Shown: positions 9,721 through 19,754 of the stretch, piece after piece
How the letters are laid out: each line of letters begins with the position of its first letter
How positions within the stretch are numbered: the stretch's first letter is position 1
From: Candidatus Bathyarchaeia archaeon
Lineage (GTDB): Archaea > Thermoproteota > Bathyarchaeia > Bathyarchaeales > Bathycorpusculaceae
Direction of reading: 5' to 3'
DNA: 61,567 bases
NCBI GenBank assembly: GCA_050012255.1
Contig: JBEKHN010000015.1
Location: forward strand, 1-61,567
Position numbers and translations under genes: made by a program
Notes under the pieces: generated by a model
The model's database searches: none
Told to the model about the DNA's origin: nothing
The model's input: the letters and a program-made list of their open reading frames with translations, nothing else

Positions 9721-9776
9721 ATTTAGGCATACCTAAATGTCTCCGCGCCCCTAATAAAGATTTAGGCATGCCTAAA
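9721..9776. promoter_or_regulatory. Two DtxR-type operators flanking the TATA box
   Basis: ATTTAGGCATACCTAAAT (9721-9738) and TTTAGGCATGCCTAAA (9761-9776); TTTATTAG on minus strand between them. Confidence 0.85.
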
Positions 9777-9860
9777 CATTTTCAACGAGCACAGCAGGTT
9801 CATGGAGTGCAGTGTTTCCCCTAAGACGTAGGGTGAATCAAAATATCCGAGATCCCTGTT

Positions 9861-10763
9861 TCAAGTGTAGAGCCCATACATTTGATCTGGTGCAAGAATG
9901 TCCGGAAACATCTTTCTCAGCTTCACACGAGCAGAATAGCAGAGGTGGCACTCGTCCACATAGCCTTCTTCATGATCAACCTGATACCTTCTGACCAGCT
10001 CAGCTGGGCCGCCCTTCAGAATCGGTCCGCACACAGGATGCTCGCACGGGTCAAACTGTTCGAACAGTAGGTGCAGTGCTTTCTTTTTCATGTTGCCTAT
10101 GGTTATGCCTTGACACACGTGGACGTACCCAAACGGGTCGATGTGTACCCGCTTCTGGTTCGAGAAGTCTTCGTCTAAGCATTTGTCGAGTTCTTGCCAC
10201 GGTCTTCTAGGCAAACCTTCAGTCAGTTTTTCGGCAGGTCTTCCTTTGAAGAGGACAGCGCCTTCTCTGACGGGCTCTCCTTTCCAGTTTCTTCCAGTCA
10301 GGTCTTTCCTGGGTTGTTCTATGCTGATGCTGCTCGCTGGTAACCCAAGGTCCTTGGCCGCTTGAAAAGCATGTTTTGCGAGATTCTCTTCTTCTTTGCC
10401 GTAGTGGAATTCATCTTCGCTGATCACCGCATCGGATACGCCTATTTCTGAGATGGGTTTCAGCCATTCTTTTGCGTCTTCAACTGACGTGGCCCAGTAG
10501 GCGTTCGTGATGAACGCTGTCTTGAACCCTAACTTCTTTGCTTCACGCAGTCCCCACAGGAGGATAGGGTAGTAGAGCACCGGTTCACCGCCTTCGAAAC
10601 AGATCCACTCGATAGTTCTGACCTTTTCTGCTTCGTTCAATATTTCTCGTATGTCGGAAATCTTCATCACTCCTTTTGCGTCTGGGCTCCCAAAGACAAA
10701 GCAGTGATCGCACTCCATGTTGCACTTGTAAGTTAGAAGAAGGTCAAGTTCCTTCATGGGCAT
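9861..10763 (-). CDS. Radical SAM protein
   Basis: CNMECDHC, FEGGEP, C-terminal Cys cluster. Confidence 0.9.
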   Translation of the reverse strand: MPMKELDLLLTYKCNMECDHCFVFGSPDAKGVMKISDIREILNEAEKVRTIEWICFEGGEPVLYYPILLWGLREAKKLGFKTAFITNAYWATSVEDAKEWLKPISEIGVSDAVISEDEFHYGKEEENLAKHAFQAAKDLGLPASSISIEQPRKDLTGRNWKGEPVREGAVLFKGRPAEKLTEGLPRRPWQELDKCLDEDFSNQKRVHIDPFGYVHVCQGITIGNMKKKALHLLFEQFDPCEHPVCGPILKGGPAELVRRYQVDHEEGYVDECHLCYSARVKLRKMFPDILAPDQMYGLYT

Positions 10764-10865
10764 AGCCGTCCTGTTCTCCCTTAGATCAGATGAAATCTCG
10801 CATATTTTAAGGGCGCGCGAAGACTGCGAATGGAAGTCGAGGAAGTATTCTCTCCATTGAGCCTT

Positions 10866-11867
10866 TTACACGCTCAGTATCTTGTAAATGTAGACGAGCA
10901 GGAAAATGACTCCAATCACGCTGAGAAAGCTCGTTGCTGAAATGACCTGTTGAAAGAACGGTGTAGTCGATTCAGAGAGTTGTGGCAAGACCAGGAGATT
11001 AACGAAAAGGGGAGCAGCGATGAACGCAAGTGCTAGGTAAAAGTATCTGCCGCGGAGAGCGCTTGCGTCCTGCATCTGTAAAAGCAGTTGAGGTATCCTG
11101 TCCTCATGAAGTTGCTTCTCGATCTTGCTTATCTCCTCACTCAGTTCACTCAGTGCTATTGCGACGTCGCCTTGAACGTTTTTCGAGCTTGTGTTAATCT
11201 TTTCTTTCAGCTCTAGAATAGAAAGGGCGCTTTTGAGGTCTAAATGGAGTGATGTCGTCCTTTCCGATTTTTCGATGATTGAAGCAGCTCGTCCTTCCCA
11301 CATATCTACTATTTGCTTGAAGGTTGCCAGTATCTGCCACTCTTTCTTGAGGTTTTTTCTCTCTTTCTGGTATCTTGCATAGATAGTTGAATCCATCTCT
11401 GAGATCACAAAGCCTGTGTCCGGTAATCCTTGTCGTCGCAGTTTCAGGTTCAGCAGCACCGCAAAGTTGACGAACGTTGAAGATACTTTCTCGATGATCC
11501 TTTCATAAAGACCCTTTTCTTCGGCAACTGATGTCTCTGTTTCAAGGTGTGAGAATGTTTTTCGCAGAGAGAGGAGATGAGATCCGACTGACTGCACCTT
11601 TTCCAGCGACAATGTTTTCATGAGATAATCGGGAGACTTCTCGCTCAGCTCACTTACAAGTTCGCTAAATCTTCCGTGGGTGAACATGAGTCCAGCGGTT
11701 ATGATTCCCAGCATGGTTCCAAACGTTGCGGTAGTTGTGGAGAGGATCGTTGTTAGGTCAGTATATCTTACGGACCACGTAGCGTTTCTCCAGGCTAGGA
11801 TGAAGACTATTCCAGCGGTTGCCAGCAGAATGAAAACGAGAAGCAGAGTGCTTCTGGGATGACTCAT
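10866..11867 (-). CDS. Membrane protein with long helical/coiled-coil cytoplasmic region
   Basis: Two N-terminal and two C-terminal hydrophobic segments. Confidence 0.65.
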   Translation of the reverse strand: MSHPRSTLLLVFILLATAGIVFILAWRNATWSVRYTDLTTILSTTTATFGTMLGIITAGLMFTHGRFSELVSELSEKSPDYLMKTLSLEKVQSVGSHLLSLRKTFSHLETETSVAEEKGLYERIIEKVSSTFVNFAVLLNLKLRRQGLPDTGFVISEMDSTIYARYQKERKNLKKEWQILATFKQIVDMWEGRAASIIEKSERTTSLHLDLKSALSILELKEKINTSSKNVQGDVAIALSELSEEISKIEKQLHEDRIPQLLLQMQDASALRGRYFYLALAFIAAPLFVNLLVLPQLSESTTPFFQQVISATSFLSVIGVIFLLVYIYKILSV

Positions 11868-12385
11868 TTGGTTTTCCCTAGCTCAACAGTCGTTGTGCAC
11901 TTGCCCGCGCCTCTTATCAGCTTCTTGTCCCAGGAGCAGGTGTATTCCTGGTCGAGCACGGTGCCAGCGATCGCGCTAGCTCCTGCGGAGCAGCACAGGT
12001 CGCAGAATTTGCTTTTGACGCTTATGCTTACATCTTTTCCCACGTGCAGCATGGGGCAGTCCGATATGCTCAGGGAGAACCTGGTCTGTGACAATTCGAT
12101 AGGTTCAATCTTCTGTCCGGAAAAGTCGCATATGATTTCGAATATTTTAGCAAAGGTCTTCATGTCCCTGCCTTTGAGGTTGAGGATTTCTCTCACTCCA
12201 TTGGTTATCGACACTTCCGTGTCATACATTTGGTCTCTTAGTTCTTGTTCTCCTCGTCCTGCCTTTTCAAGAATCGGTATGATCACTTCGAGAGGTGGAA
12301 ATGAGTGCCGAGCAAGTAGCGTTTTTATTTGTTCTTCAACGCTTTTTTTCACCACACTCACCACACACAGTAGTGAAACTTTCAC
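11864..12385 (-). CDS. V4R-like ligand-binding protein
   Basis: DCP...FCDLCC...GAGKC pattern; overlaps start of downstream gene. Confidence 0.55.
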   Translation of the reverse strand: MKVSLLCVVSVVKKSVEEQIKTLLARHSFPPLEVIIPILEKAGRGEQELRDQMYDTEVSITNGVREILNLKGRDMKTFAKIFEIICDFSGQKIEPIELSQTRFSLSISDCPMLHVGKDVSISVKSKFCDLCCSAGASAIAGTVLDQEYTCSWDKKLIRGAGKCTTTVELGKTK

Positions 12386-12486
12386 TAGATAAACGCTTTT
12401 TCCCCGTCAAATTTAGCCTCTTTGCGTCATCTGGTGCCCGCGACGTAACGCTTTTGTGACGCACTGAACCTCGCAGCAAAATTGAC

Positions 12487-13956
12487 TCATTCCGCTTCGT
12501 CCCACGTCTGTTTCTTGCCAGTCACCCTTCTGTAGTATTTCTTGATGTGCCGGAGGGCGTGAGCCAAGAATGTGTGCTCTTGTTCATAGGCTCTTTTCAG
12601 TGTAGTTTCTCTTGAAATCAATGCTTCTTTCAGTTCTGCCATTTCCTTCTTCGGAGAGTATTTGATGTATATGGGAACTCCAATTAGGAGGAGAGCTAGC
12701 CCAAGCGCGATCTGTGTCGGCGGGCACTGTGAGATCAGGTAGACCGAGAAGACCACTCCGAGGCTTGGAAGAATCTCGCGGCCTACGAGGTGGCCTTGAG
12801 ATTCTCCGCTCTTCCGATGTAGCCAGAAGACAGACGCGCTCGTTGCTGCGTACGCAACGGACATGAAGAACACGGAAGTGGCTATGAGCATTTGTAGTCC
12901 GCCCACGATCGCTGCCACCAACGCAGTGACCGATTGTATGATGATGCCCAGATAGGGTGTCTTGAACTTCGGATGAATTCGAGCAAACGCCCGCGGAAAA
13001 AGGCCGTCGGCAGCCAACGCGTAACCGAGTCTAGAGGTCCCTATCATTCCAGACTCGTCCGACCCAGCTATAGAAATCAGAGCTCCAATTCCAACTATGC
13101 ACGCACCCACCAACGCCAGCGTCGGTATTGACCCTAGTGCAGTGCTTGTCGCCGTGGCAATTGGCGCATTTCCTGTCAGTTGTTTCCAATTTGTTACGCC
13201 TAGAAGCACAAAGTTCGTCGTCAAATAAAATACGGTGACGATTGAAATCCCGACCAGTATTGCCTTTGGAATGGTTCGGCGAGGGTTGTCGATCTCTCCA
13301 GCCGGTATGGTTGAAATCTCAAAGCCCGCGTATGCCCAAAATATGAGAACGAGAGCGGGGCCAAAGTTTCCCAAGCCGAAGGGAGAAAATGGGGCGAAGT
13401 TGCCGGCTGCCGTTCCCGTGTTTGAAACTACATAAATAATGCCGACTGCGGAAAAGAAGATTAACGGGGCAAGTTTGGCCAGGGTCAACGCGTCGTTTGT
13501 TCTTCCCGCAGCTTTGACACCAAATATGTTTGTGACTATTAAGAAGATGATGAACAACACTTTTACGGCTGTCTGAGAAAAAATATTCATGCCTGGAAGG
13601 AAGAACAAGCAATATTGGGTGAAGGCCACTGGAAAAACTGCGAGTGAGATCCATTCTGCTAGCCACAGCGACCAACCGACAGTGAATCCAGCAAACGGTC
13701 CCCAAGCTTCTCTTGCATACGCGTATGGTCCTCCGACTTTTGGAACCATAGCAGCGCACTCAGCGAAGCACAAAGCAATGACGATGGCAATGATCCCTGC
13801 AATCACCCACACAACCAGTGAAAATGGGCCAAGAAGAGCCGCACCAAGCGATGAGGCTACATAAATATCGGCACCTATAATTGCTCCCACCACTAGATTC
13901 GTCACATCAAAGAGAGTGAGCTTGGATCTGAGTTCAATTTTAGGCATGACGATCAT
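12487..13956 (-). CDS. APC-family amino acid permease
   Basis: GAIIGADI, GGPYAY, WAYAGFE; about 12 TM segments. Confidence 0.93.
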   Translation of the reverse strand: MIVMPKIELRSKLTLFDVTNLVVGAIIGADIYVASSLGAALLGPFSLVVWVIAGIIAIVIALCFAECAAMVPKVGGPYAYAREAWGPFAGFTVGWSLWLAEWISLAVFPVAFTQYCLFFLPGMNIFSQTAVKVLFIIFLIVTNIFGVKAAGRTNDALTLAKLAPLIFFSAVGIIYVVSNTGTAAGNFAPFSPFGLGNFGPALVLIFWAYAGFEISTIPAGEIDNPRRTIPKAILVGISIVTVFYLTTNFVLLGVTNWKQLTGNAPIATATSTALGSIPTLALVGACIVGIGALISIAGSDESGMIGTSRLGYALAADGLFPRAFARIHPKFKTPYLGIIIQSVTALVAAIVGGLQMLIATSVFFMSVAYAATSASVFWLHRKSGESQGHLVGREILPSLGVVFSVYLISQCPPTQIALGLALLLIGVPIYIKYSPKKEMAELKEALISRETTLKRAYEQEHTFLAHALRHIKKYYRRVTGKKQTWDEAE

Positions 13957-14083
13957 CTAGAATAATGAGCGAATATAAAATATTCCAAAGCTCTAGCTCG
14001 CGCGTCGACGCTACTTGTCATCAGAATAACCACGCATTAATGTCTACCGTCAAGCTGGATGGCGACATGTGAAAGTGTAATAG

Positions 14084-16042
14084 TTGACAACGCTTTTACC
14101 ATTAGATGATCATCATGTGATGCTGGAGAGAACTGACGGGATGTCGTCGTTAAGCGGTGCTATAAAACGGACGAGTGAAGCACTGAGGCTAGGAGCTTCA
14201 TCGCAGGTTTCGGATTATGAGCAGCGTTTTTCATCGTTGAGAAACCTCTACGATGATCTGCTCTCAAACTTTGTGAGAATGCAGTTTGACTCCGGAAAGG
14301 CGTATGAAACTGCGAAAGATTTCTTCGGCGCTTCCAGCGTCCGCTTTGCGGGCATAGACGGTACGATGTACTCGAGACCTTTGTTTGACTTGGTGATCTT
14401 CTTCGGAGGAGCGTACGCGTCGACGGGCACCATAACTTTTCTTGAGAAAGAAGCTCCGCAGGTGAAGTATGATATGAAAACGATTCAACAGGCCGCGGGA
14501 ATATCAAGCGTCGTGCCGGTCTACGTCAACGAAATCCCAGAGGTGGACCAAGCCTTCTTTGAGGCCGAAGAGGCTGGCGAGGTTAACCCAAACAAACCGC
14601 TCACCGACCAGTCGATCATAAACAACGCAACGATCGCAAACTGGATAATGACCTTCGCCGAATACTACCTAGCTTACAAGCTTGTGACAGACTCTAGCCA
14701 ACAGATACGCATAATCTTCTTGGACAGAAGCTTATCGACCGAGCGGGCAAGCCTTGTCTACGACACGGCGAAACGAGACCTGTGGAAGACGAGGTGCAGC
14801 CTGATCGGCTACAGAGTCGGCGATGATGAGCCGCTTGACATCAACGACTTGACAATCGCAAGACAGTGCGTCTGCAACGAAGCTTTAGGCTTGCCTCCTC
14901 CAAGAGGCGACTACTTGAGCCATGCGATAATCGATTTGATCAGACAGAAGGGGCCCTTAACTGAGAAGCATATCCTGGCCGAACTGGGCATAAGCGACGA
15001 AAAAAGAGCCAAGAGGGTCGCTCGGCACATGAAGCGCTCAGTGGACGAGCATATTCTGGCCCAGAAAAACGACACTTACAGTTTGAACCCAAAGTACAGC
15101 ACCGTTCTTCAACGAGTCAAAAAGCTGGTCGTCAGCCTGGGCGACCGATTCTTCTTCACCGAAACGTCAACGACAAAGACTTCAAGCCTCATGAAAGTTT
15201 TGAAGGGCGGTGAGGAACAGTGGCTCACAACCGTCGACATCGCTTTCCTCACGCTTTTCACGCTTCACATGATCATGGAAGAGTGCTGGAAAAGACGCGT
15301 CCTGCTCATCGGCATAACGAAGGACACGGCGGCAAGAGACTTCAAGCGGCAGCTGATCCCGATAATGCACAACGAAGGTCTTCTCAAAACCTCCGTCTCA
15401 AGAGTGGACTTTGAAAAACTGCCGAACACCGACCGCATGATACTACAGTCAACGAGCATGCTGAACCCAGAAGAAATCAAGCCGCCTTGGAGCCTGATAG
15501 AATACGACTCGGCCTTCCGAACAATGGTTCCAGACCGCCAGAACCGAAGAGGCTTCGTCTCAGGAGCCATAAAGAACAGAATAGGCTTGGAGAAGGTCTT
15601 TCTGAAAACATATGTTCAACTGAGCCAAGCGAAGACGGACCCGATACTTCGCAGCAACGTTTTGCTGATAGACAGGCTAGTCTACCCCGAGTACGACTGC
15701 AAACCCGAAAACGTCAAGGCGTTTTGGAACGAGTACGGAGGCGCCATAGAGCCCGTTGAGGTCGTTCTCTTCAAGGACAAGGATGCCCCTAACAGGCTTC
15801 AAGACATGATCATGACCATGCTGACGGCGATGGCTCCTTCCAGCATTCCAGAAGCATTCGGACACAACAAGCCCCTCTTCATTGCAGACAAGATTGCAAA
15901 ATGGAACTACGGCCAGTTCAGGCTCATCGTGGACACCACGGCTGACTGGATACTCAACAATCATAGATTGAGAAAGTTCATATTCTACATGAGCACCTTC
16001 AGAGAAAGGAGGGCTTCTATTGAAGCCGCAAGAAGAGAGTAG
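14084..16042 (+). CDS. nurA: NurA-family nuclease (enlarged)
   Basis: FAGIDGT, FLDRSL, IGITKD and GHNKPLFIADKIAK motifs. Confidence 0.75.
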   Translation: MTTLLPLDDHHVMLERTDGMSSLSGAIKRTSEALRLGASSQVSDYEQRFSSLRNLYDDLLSNFVRMQFDSGKAYETAKDFFGASSVRFAGIDGTMYSRPLFDLVIFFGGAYASTGTITFLEKEAPQVKYDMKTIQQAAGISSVVPVYVNEIPEVDQAFFEAEEAGEVNPNKPLTDQSIINNATIANWIMTFAEYYLAYKLVTDSSQQIRIIFLDRSLSTERASLVYDTAKRDLWKTRCSLIGYRVGDDEPLDINDLTIARQCVCNEALGLPPPRGDYLSHAIIDLIRQKGPLTEKHILAELGISDEKRAKRVARHMKRSVDEHILAQKNDTYSLNPKYSTVLQRVKKLVVSLGDRFFFTETSTTKTSSLMKVLKGGEEQWLTTVDIAFLTLFTLHMIMEECWKRRVLLIGITKDTAARDFKRQLIPIMHNEGLLKTSVSRVDFEKLPNTDRMILQSTSMLNPEEIKPPWSLIEYDSAFRTMVPDRQNRRGFVSGAIKNRIGLEKVFLKTYVQLSQAKTDPILRSNVLLIDRLVYPEYDCKPENVKAFWNEYGGAIEPVEVVLFKDKDAPNRLQDMIMTMLTAMAPSSIPEAFGHNKPLFIADKIAKWNYGQFRLIVDTTADWILNNHRLRKFIFYMSTFRERRASIEAARRE

Positions 16043-17897
16043 ACTTAACGACGCGTGTTTCACAGACTTTGACAGTAGGTTCAACGGTAGGCTTGCCGCC
16101 GTCATCCCAAGGTTTTTCGCCACAACGGAGGACACGAAGCTTGCCGGCACAAGCGCACGGTACCAGTGCCGAGTCAAGGTTGAGTATCAGAAAGACCTCA
16201 TGGCCCTCTTGGAAGAGGGCATGCTTCTAGCCGTCAAGAACTTCAAACAGACTGAAAAAGGCTTGGAAAGATACACTTTAATGGAGCTCAGCCGAGTCTG
16301 GCCCGAGCACTTCGGCCTGCGCGGCCTCTCCGACCACGGCTATTACCCAATGCAGTTTGAGATCATCGAACAGTCTGAAGACGATTGGCAGACGAACGAC
16401 AAGACCACGATGATGATTCAGATAGACGCCATACCCATAAACTACGATCTCGTCTTGGACAGGAAGTGTGAATTCACGTTTGTAAAGGGCTTCTCCTACC
16501 CGGTTGCGGGCTGCCCATCTTACGTGCTGAACAGCGAGATGATAAACCGCATCTACAACCAAAAAATCGCTGAAAAGCTGGGCGTGGACACCTCCAAAAC
16601 CGTGGAAGACGCCCGAACTGACCCCAGACTAGGTCTCATCAAAATGTTCGAGGCAAGCAAGACCAGCATACCGATATACGTGGATTTTGAGAAACTGGTT
16701 CGCTACCACTTCGGTGTTTTTGCGTTCACGGGCGGTGGAAAGAGCAACCTGATGTCGAACATCCTGCGAAGGCTCCTGCTGCACAACAGTGACACAAAGG
16801 TCGTGATCTTTGACATAAGCTGCGAGTACGTGTTCCTCCTGTTGGACATGCTGGCCGACCCGAACGTTTCGTCGAAGGTAATCCTAGAATACAGGATTGA
16901 CTCGCTTGAGCAGTTCTTCAACTCGGTCGTGAAACCAAGAGAGTTCGAGACCGATGAGCGAACCAAGTCTGGCCTCCAGTGCATAATCGACAAGGGTAGG
17001 CTGGCCCATTATGTGAAGCCTAAACAGCAGATTCCGACGTATGGTCAGTTTATGAGCGAACTCGGTGACCAGAGAAGGTTGTCTGTTGATAGGCCCCACT
17101 ACATGAACGCGATCGACAGGATACATGCAGCCGCGTTGGAGTATGTCGAGGAGCACGGTTTAAGTGAAAATCAAGAAGTGGACGAAGAATTCGTGGAACA
17201 CATAAGCGGAGTCGCGGCTGCAGCAGTTGAGGAGTTCAAGGTCAGCGACAAGAGCGGGTTGTACGCGTGGGCAACGACCAGGTCTTCACTCAGTGACCTG
17301 ATAAGAAAGCGACAGACCAGAGAAGACGACGCCAAGGGCGGATTAACGGTTGAAAGAATCCGGGAGCTGCTGGAAGACAAGGCGACGAGGCTCGTCTGCA
17401 TATCCATCTCCGACCCGTACGCCATAAAAGACCTCGCCATAAACCTGACCCAAGCGCTGCTCGCCCGTAGAAAGCGTCGATTCCAAGTGAAGCCGCACGT
17501 CCTCATCGTGTTCGATGAGGCGCAGGAGTTCATCGCCAGCAACGCGAGCGGCATAGACGCCAAGTGTTCAACCCACGTTGAAACCCTGCTGAGACAGGGC
17601 AGAAAATACGGTCTCGGCGTGTGCATCGCCACGCAGCGCATCGCGTACCTGAACACGAACGCGCTGCAGCAGGTTCACACGTACTTCGTAGGAACTCTGC
17701 CACGGCCGTACGACCGCCAACTCATCAGCGAAACGTTCATGATAGACAAAGGAATCCTCGAGAAGACGCTGGAATTCGCTCCAGGAGAATGGCTGCTCTC
17801 AAGCTACATAGCAACAGGCATGGAAAACGTGCCGATTTTCATAAGAGCAGACAACGCTGAACGCGAAGTGGAAAAATATCTGAGCAGAACAACGTAA
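16020..17897 (+). CDS. herA: HerA/FtsK-family ATPase
   Basis: HFGVFAFTGGGKSN, IVFDEAQEF, RQGRKYGLG, ATQR. Confidence 0.9.
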   Translation: MKPQEESRLNDACFTDFDSRFNGRLAAVIPRFFATTEDTKLAGTSARYQCRVKVEYQKDLMALLEEGMLLAVKNFKQTEKGLERYTLMELSRVWPEHFGLRGLSDHGYYPMQFEIIEQSEDDWQTNDKTTMMIQIDAIPINYDLVLDRKCEFTFVKGFSYPVAGCPSYVLNSEMINRIYNQKIAEKLGVDTSKTVEDARTDPRLGLIKMFEASKTSIPIYVDFEKLVRYHFGVFAFTGGGKSNLMSNILRRLLLHNSDTKVVIFDISCEYVFLLLDMLADPNVSSKVILEYRIDSLEQFFNSVVKPREFETDERTKSGLQCIIDKGRLAHYVKPKQQIPTYGQFMSELGDQRRLSVDRPHYMNAIDRIHAAALEYVEEHGLSENQEVDEEFVEHISGVAAAAVEEFKVSDKSGLYAWATTRSSLSDLIRKRQTREDDAKGGLTVERIRELLEDKATRLVCISISDPYAIKDLAINLTQALLARRKRRFQVKPHVLIVFDEAQEFIASNASGIDAKCSTHVETLLRQGRKYGLGVCIATQRIAYLNTNALQQVHTYFVGTLPRPYDRQLISETFMIDKGILEKTLEFAPGEWLLSSYIATGMENVPIFIRADNAEREVEKYLSRTT

Positions 17898-17929
17898 GAA
17901 ACCTCCGAGTGTTCTGAATGTTGCCTTCC

Positions 17930-18727
17930 TCAACTCTTGATTCTTTCTGCCCGAATCAGAAGATAGTGTCTGTAAGGCTTGTACCCGACTTTCGAGTACA
18001 CACGTATGGCAGGCGCGTTGTCGCTGAGCACGTGAATCAGCGCTGGTGGAGACCTCTTGAGGATTTCTTGAACCAACGCTGACACGATTGAAGTTGCGTA
18101 GCCCATGTTCCTATAACGTTCATCCGTGGCTATGACACCGATGTTGCTTCCAAAATCTGCGAAACGAGCGTTGCCAACCGAAACAATCTTCCCGTCACGC
18201 TTCATTCCAAGCCAATACGTCTTTTCCAACGACTCTCTCCTGTTCTCAACCGCTATGTCGCCCCACCATTCAGGATCCGCCTTTCTCATTATCTCTGCAA
18301 CTTCTTCAGCATCTTCGGGTTTCAGCCTCACAGGGTTGCTTTTGACCTGTATGTTCTCTTCTCCTTTCTTCAAAGTCATTAACACAAGCTCGTACATGAT
18401 CTGAGGACTGTACTTTCTAGTGACGATGTCTTCGCAGCCAAGAGGGGCTTGCAGCTCGACTTTTTCTAGGCTGACAGAATCGAGCAGTTTTTCGGCGGCT
18501 TCTCGGTTTCCTCGCAGTTGAACAATGGCGTCTGCGTACACCAGCATCAATCCTCGGATCTTCTTTCCTTCCATGGCCAAAAAAATCTTCGTCTGTTCTG
18601 GGCGTTCTTTCCAGTCGAGAATGAAGAAATAGTAATGCAGTGGGTCTTGGTAAACATGGTTCCAGAAAGCGTTTTCAAAACCGTCTCGTATAGAAGCTAT
18701 TCTCATGGTTTCCTTCTTGGTCCTCAC
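17930..18727 (-). CDS. GNAT acetyltransferase (FR47-like C-terminus)
   Basis: ATDERYRNMGYA, NAPAIRVYSKVGY. Confidence 0.85.
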   Translation of the reverse strand: MRTKKETMRIASIRDGFENAFWNHVYQDPLHYYFFILDWKERPEQTKIFLAMEGKKIRGLMLVYADAIVQLRGNREAAEKLLDSVSLEKVELQAPLGCEDIVTRKYSPQIMYELVLMTLKKGEENIQVKSNPVRLKPEDAEEVAEIMRKADPEWWGDIAVENRRESLEKTYWLGMKRDGKIVSVGNARFADFGSNIGVIATDERYRNMGYATSIVSALVQEILKRSPPALIHVLSDNAPAIRVYSKVGYKPYRHYLLIRAERIKS

Positions 18728-18754
18728 AAGAAGAAGGGAGTAATCCTGTGCGTT

Positions 18755-19738
18755 TTATTTAGCTTGCGCAGGCTGTGTGATTCCGCATTTCTTTAGCAGT
18801 CGGTTCCATTTCTCGTCTGTGACGTGTTGAATTACGTCGAGCATCTTCTCGTATTTCGGTGTGAACAGGTGTCTGAAGCGTCCTTGAACCTGCAGGTACT
18901 CCTTCACGGGCTTCTTCTTCTGCGGGGCTAATGCCATCACCCTGCTCGGAACTGAGAGTTTGTAATCGCCGTTTACTGCTTCCCATAAGGGGAAGATACA
19001 CGTCTCCACTGCCAGTCTCGAGAGTTCAATCGATTTTGAAGACTCGCTTCGCCATCCTCTCGGACAGGGTGCGAACACGTGCAAAAAGGCGGGGCCGTTC
19101 ACTTCAATACCCTTTCTGGTCTTCTGAATCAGGTCTTTCCAATAGTAAGGTGAAGCTGTTGCCACGTACGGCATGTCGTGTGCCACCATGATGTCGGCTA
19201 TGGGCTTCTTCTGTTCCAGCTTTCCAGGCACGGCGGAACCAGCCTGCGAAGTGGTAGTTGACGCTCCGTACGGCGTGCCTCCGCTCCTCTGGATGCCAGT
19301 GTTCATGTAAGCCTCGTTGTCATAGAGCACGAACAGAAAGTCGTGTCCCCTTTCAACGGCTCCTGACAATGCCTGTATGCCTATGTCAAACGTTCCACCG
19401 TCCCCTGCTAAGGCGACGACGTCTATCTGTTCGTTCTTGATCCTTCCCTTCTTTCTGAGAATCTTCAGCGCTACCTCGATTCCTGAAGCGTTTGAAGCTG
19501 CCGTCTCAAAGGCCGTGTGCAGCCACGGCGTTGCCCATGAAGAGTACGGGTAAATAGTTGAAGCGACTTCCATGCATCCAGTAGCGTTCGTAACAATGGT
19601 CGGTCCTCTCGTCGCTTTCATGATCAGCCTCAGCACCGTTGCTGGCGCGCATCCTGCGCACGCTCTGTGTCCTGAAAGGAACAAGTCGGGTTTTTCAGCG
19701 ATGTCTTTTGCCGTGAATTTTCCTTCGGATATTTCCAT
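18755..19738 (-). CDS. porB: Pyruvate/2-oxoacid:ferredoxin oxidoreductase beta
   Basis: GHRACAGC, GDGGTFDIG, YDNEAYMNTG. Confidence 0.95.
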   Translation of the reverse strand: MEISEGKFTAKDIAEKPDLFLSGHRACAGCAPATVLRLIMKATRGPTIVTNATGCMEVASTIYPYSSWATPWLHTAFETAASNASGIEVALKILRKKGRIKNEQIDVVALAGDGGTFDIGIQALSGAVERGHDFLFVLYDNEAYMNTGIQRSGGTPYGASTTTSQAGSAVPGKLEQKKPIADIMVAHDMPYVATASPYYWKDLIQKTRKGIEVNGPAFLHVFAPCPRGWRSESSKSIELSRLAVETCIFPLWEAVNGDYKLSVPSRVMALAPQKKKPVKEYLQVQGRFRHLFTPKYEKMLDVIQHVTDEKWNRLLKKCGITQPAQAK

Positions 19739-19754
19739 TCATTCTTCCTCCTTT

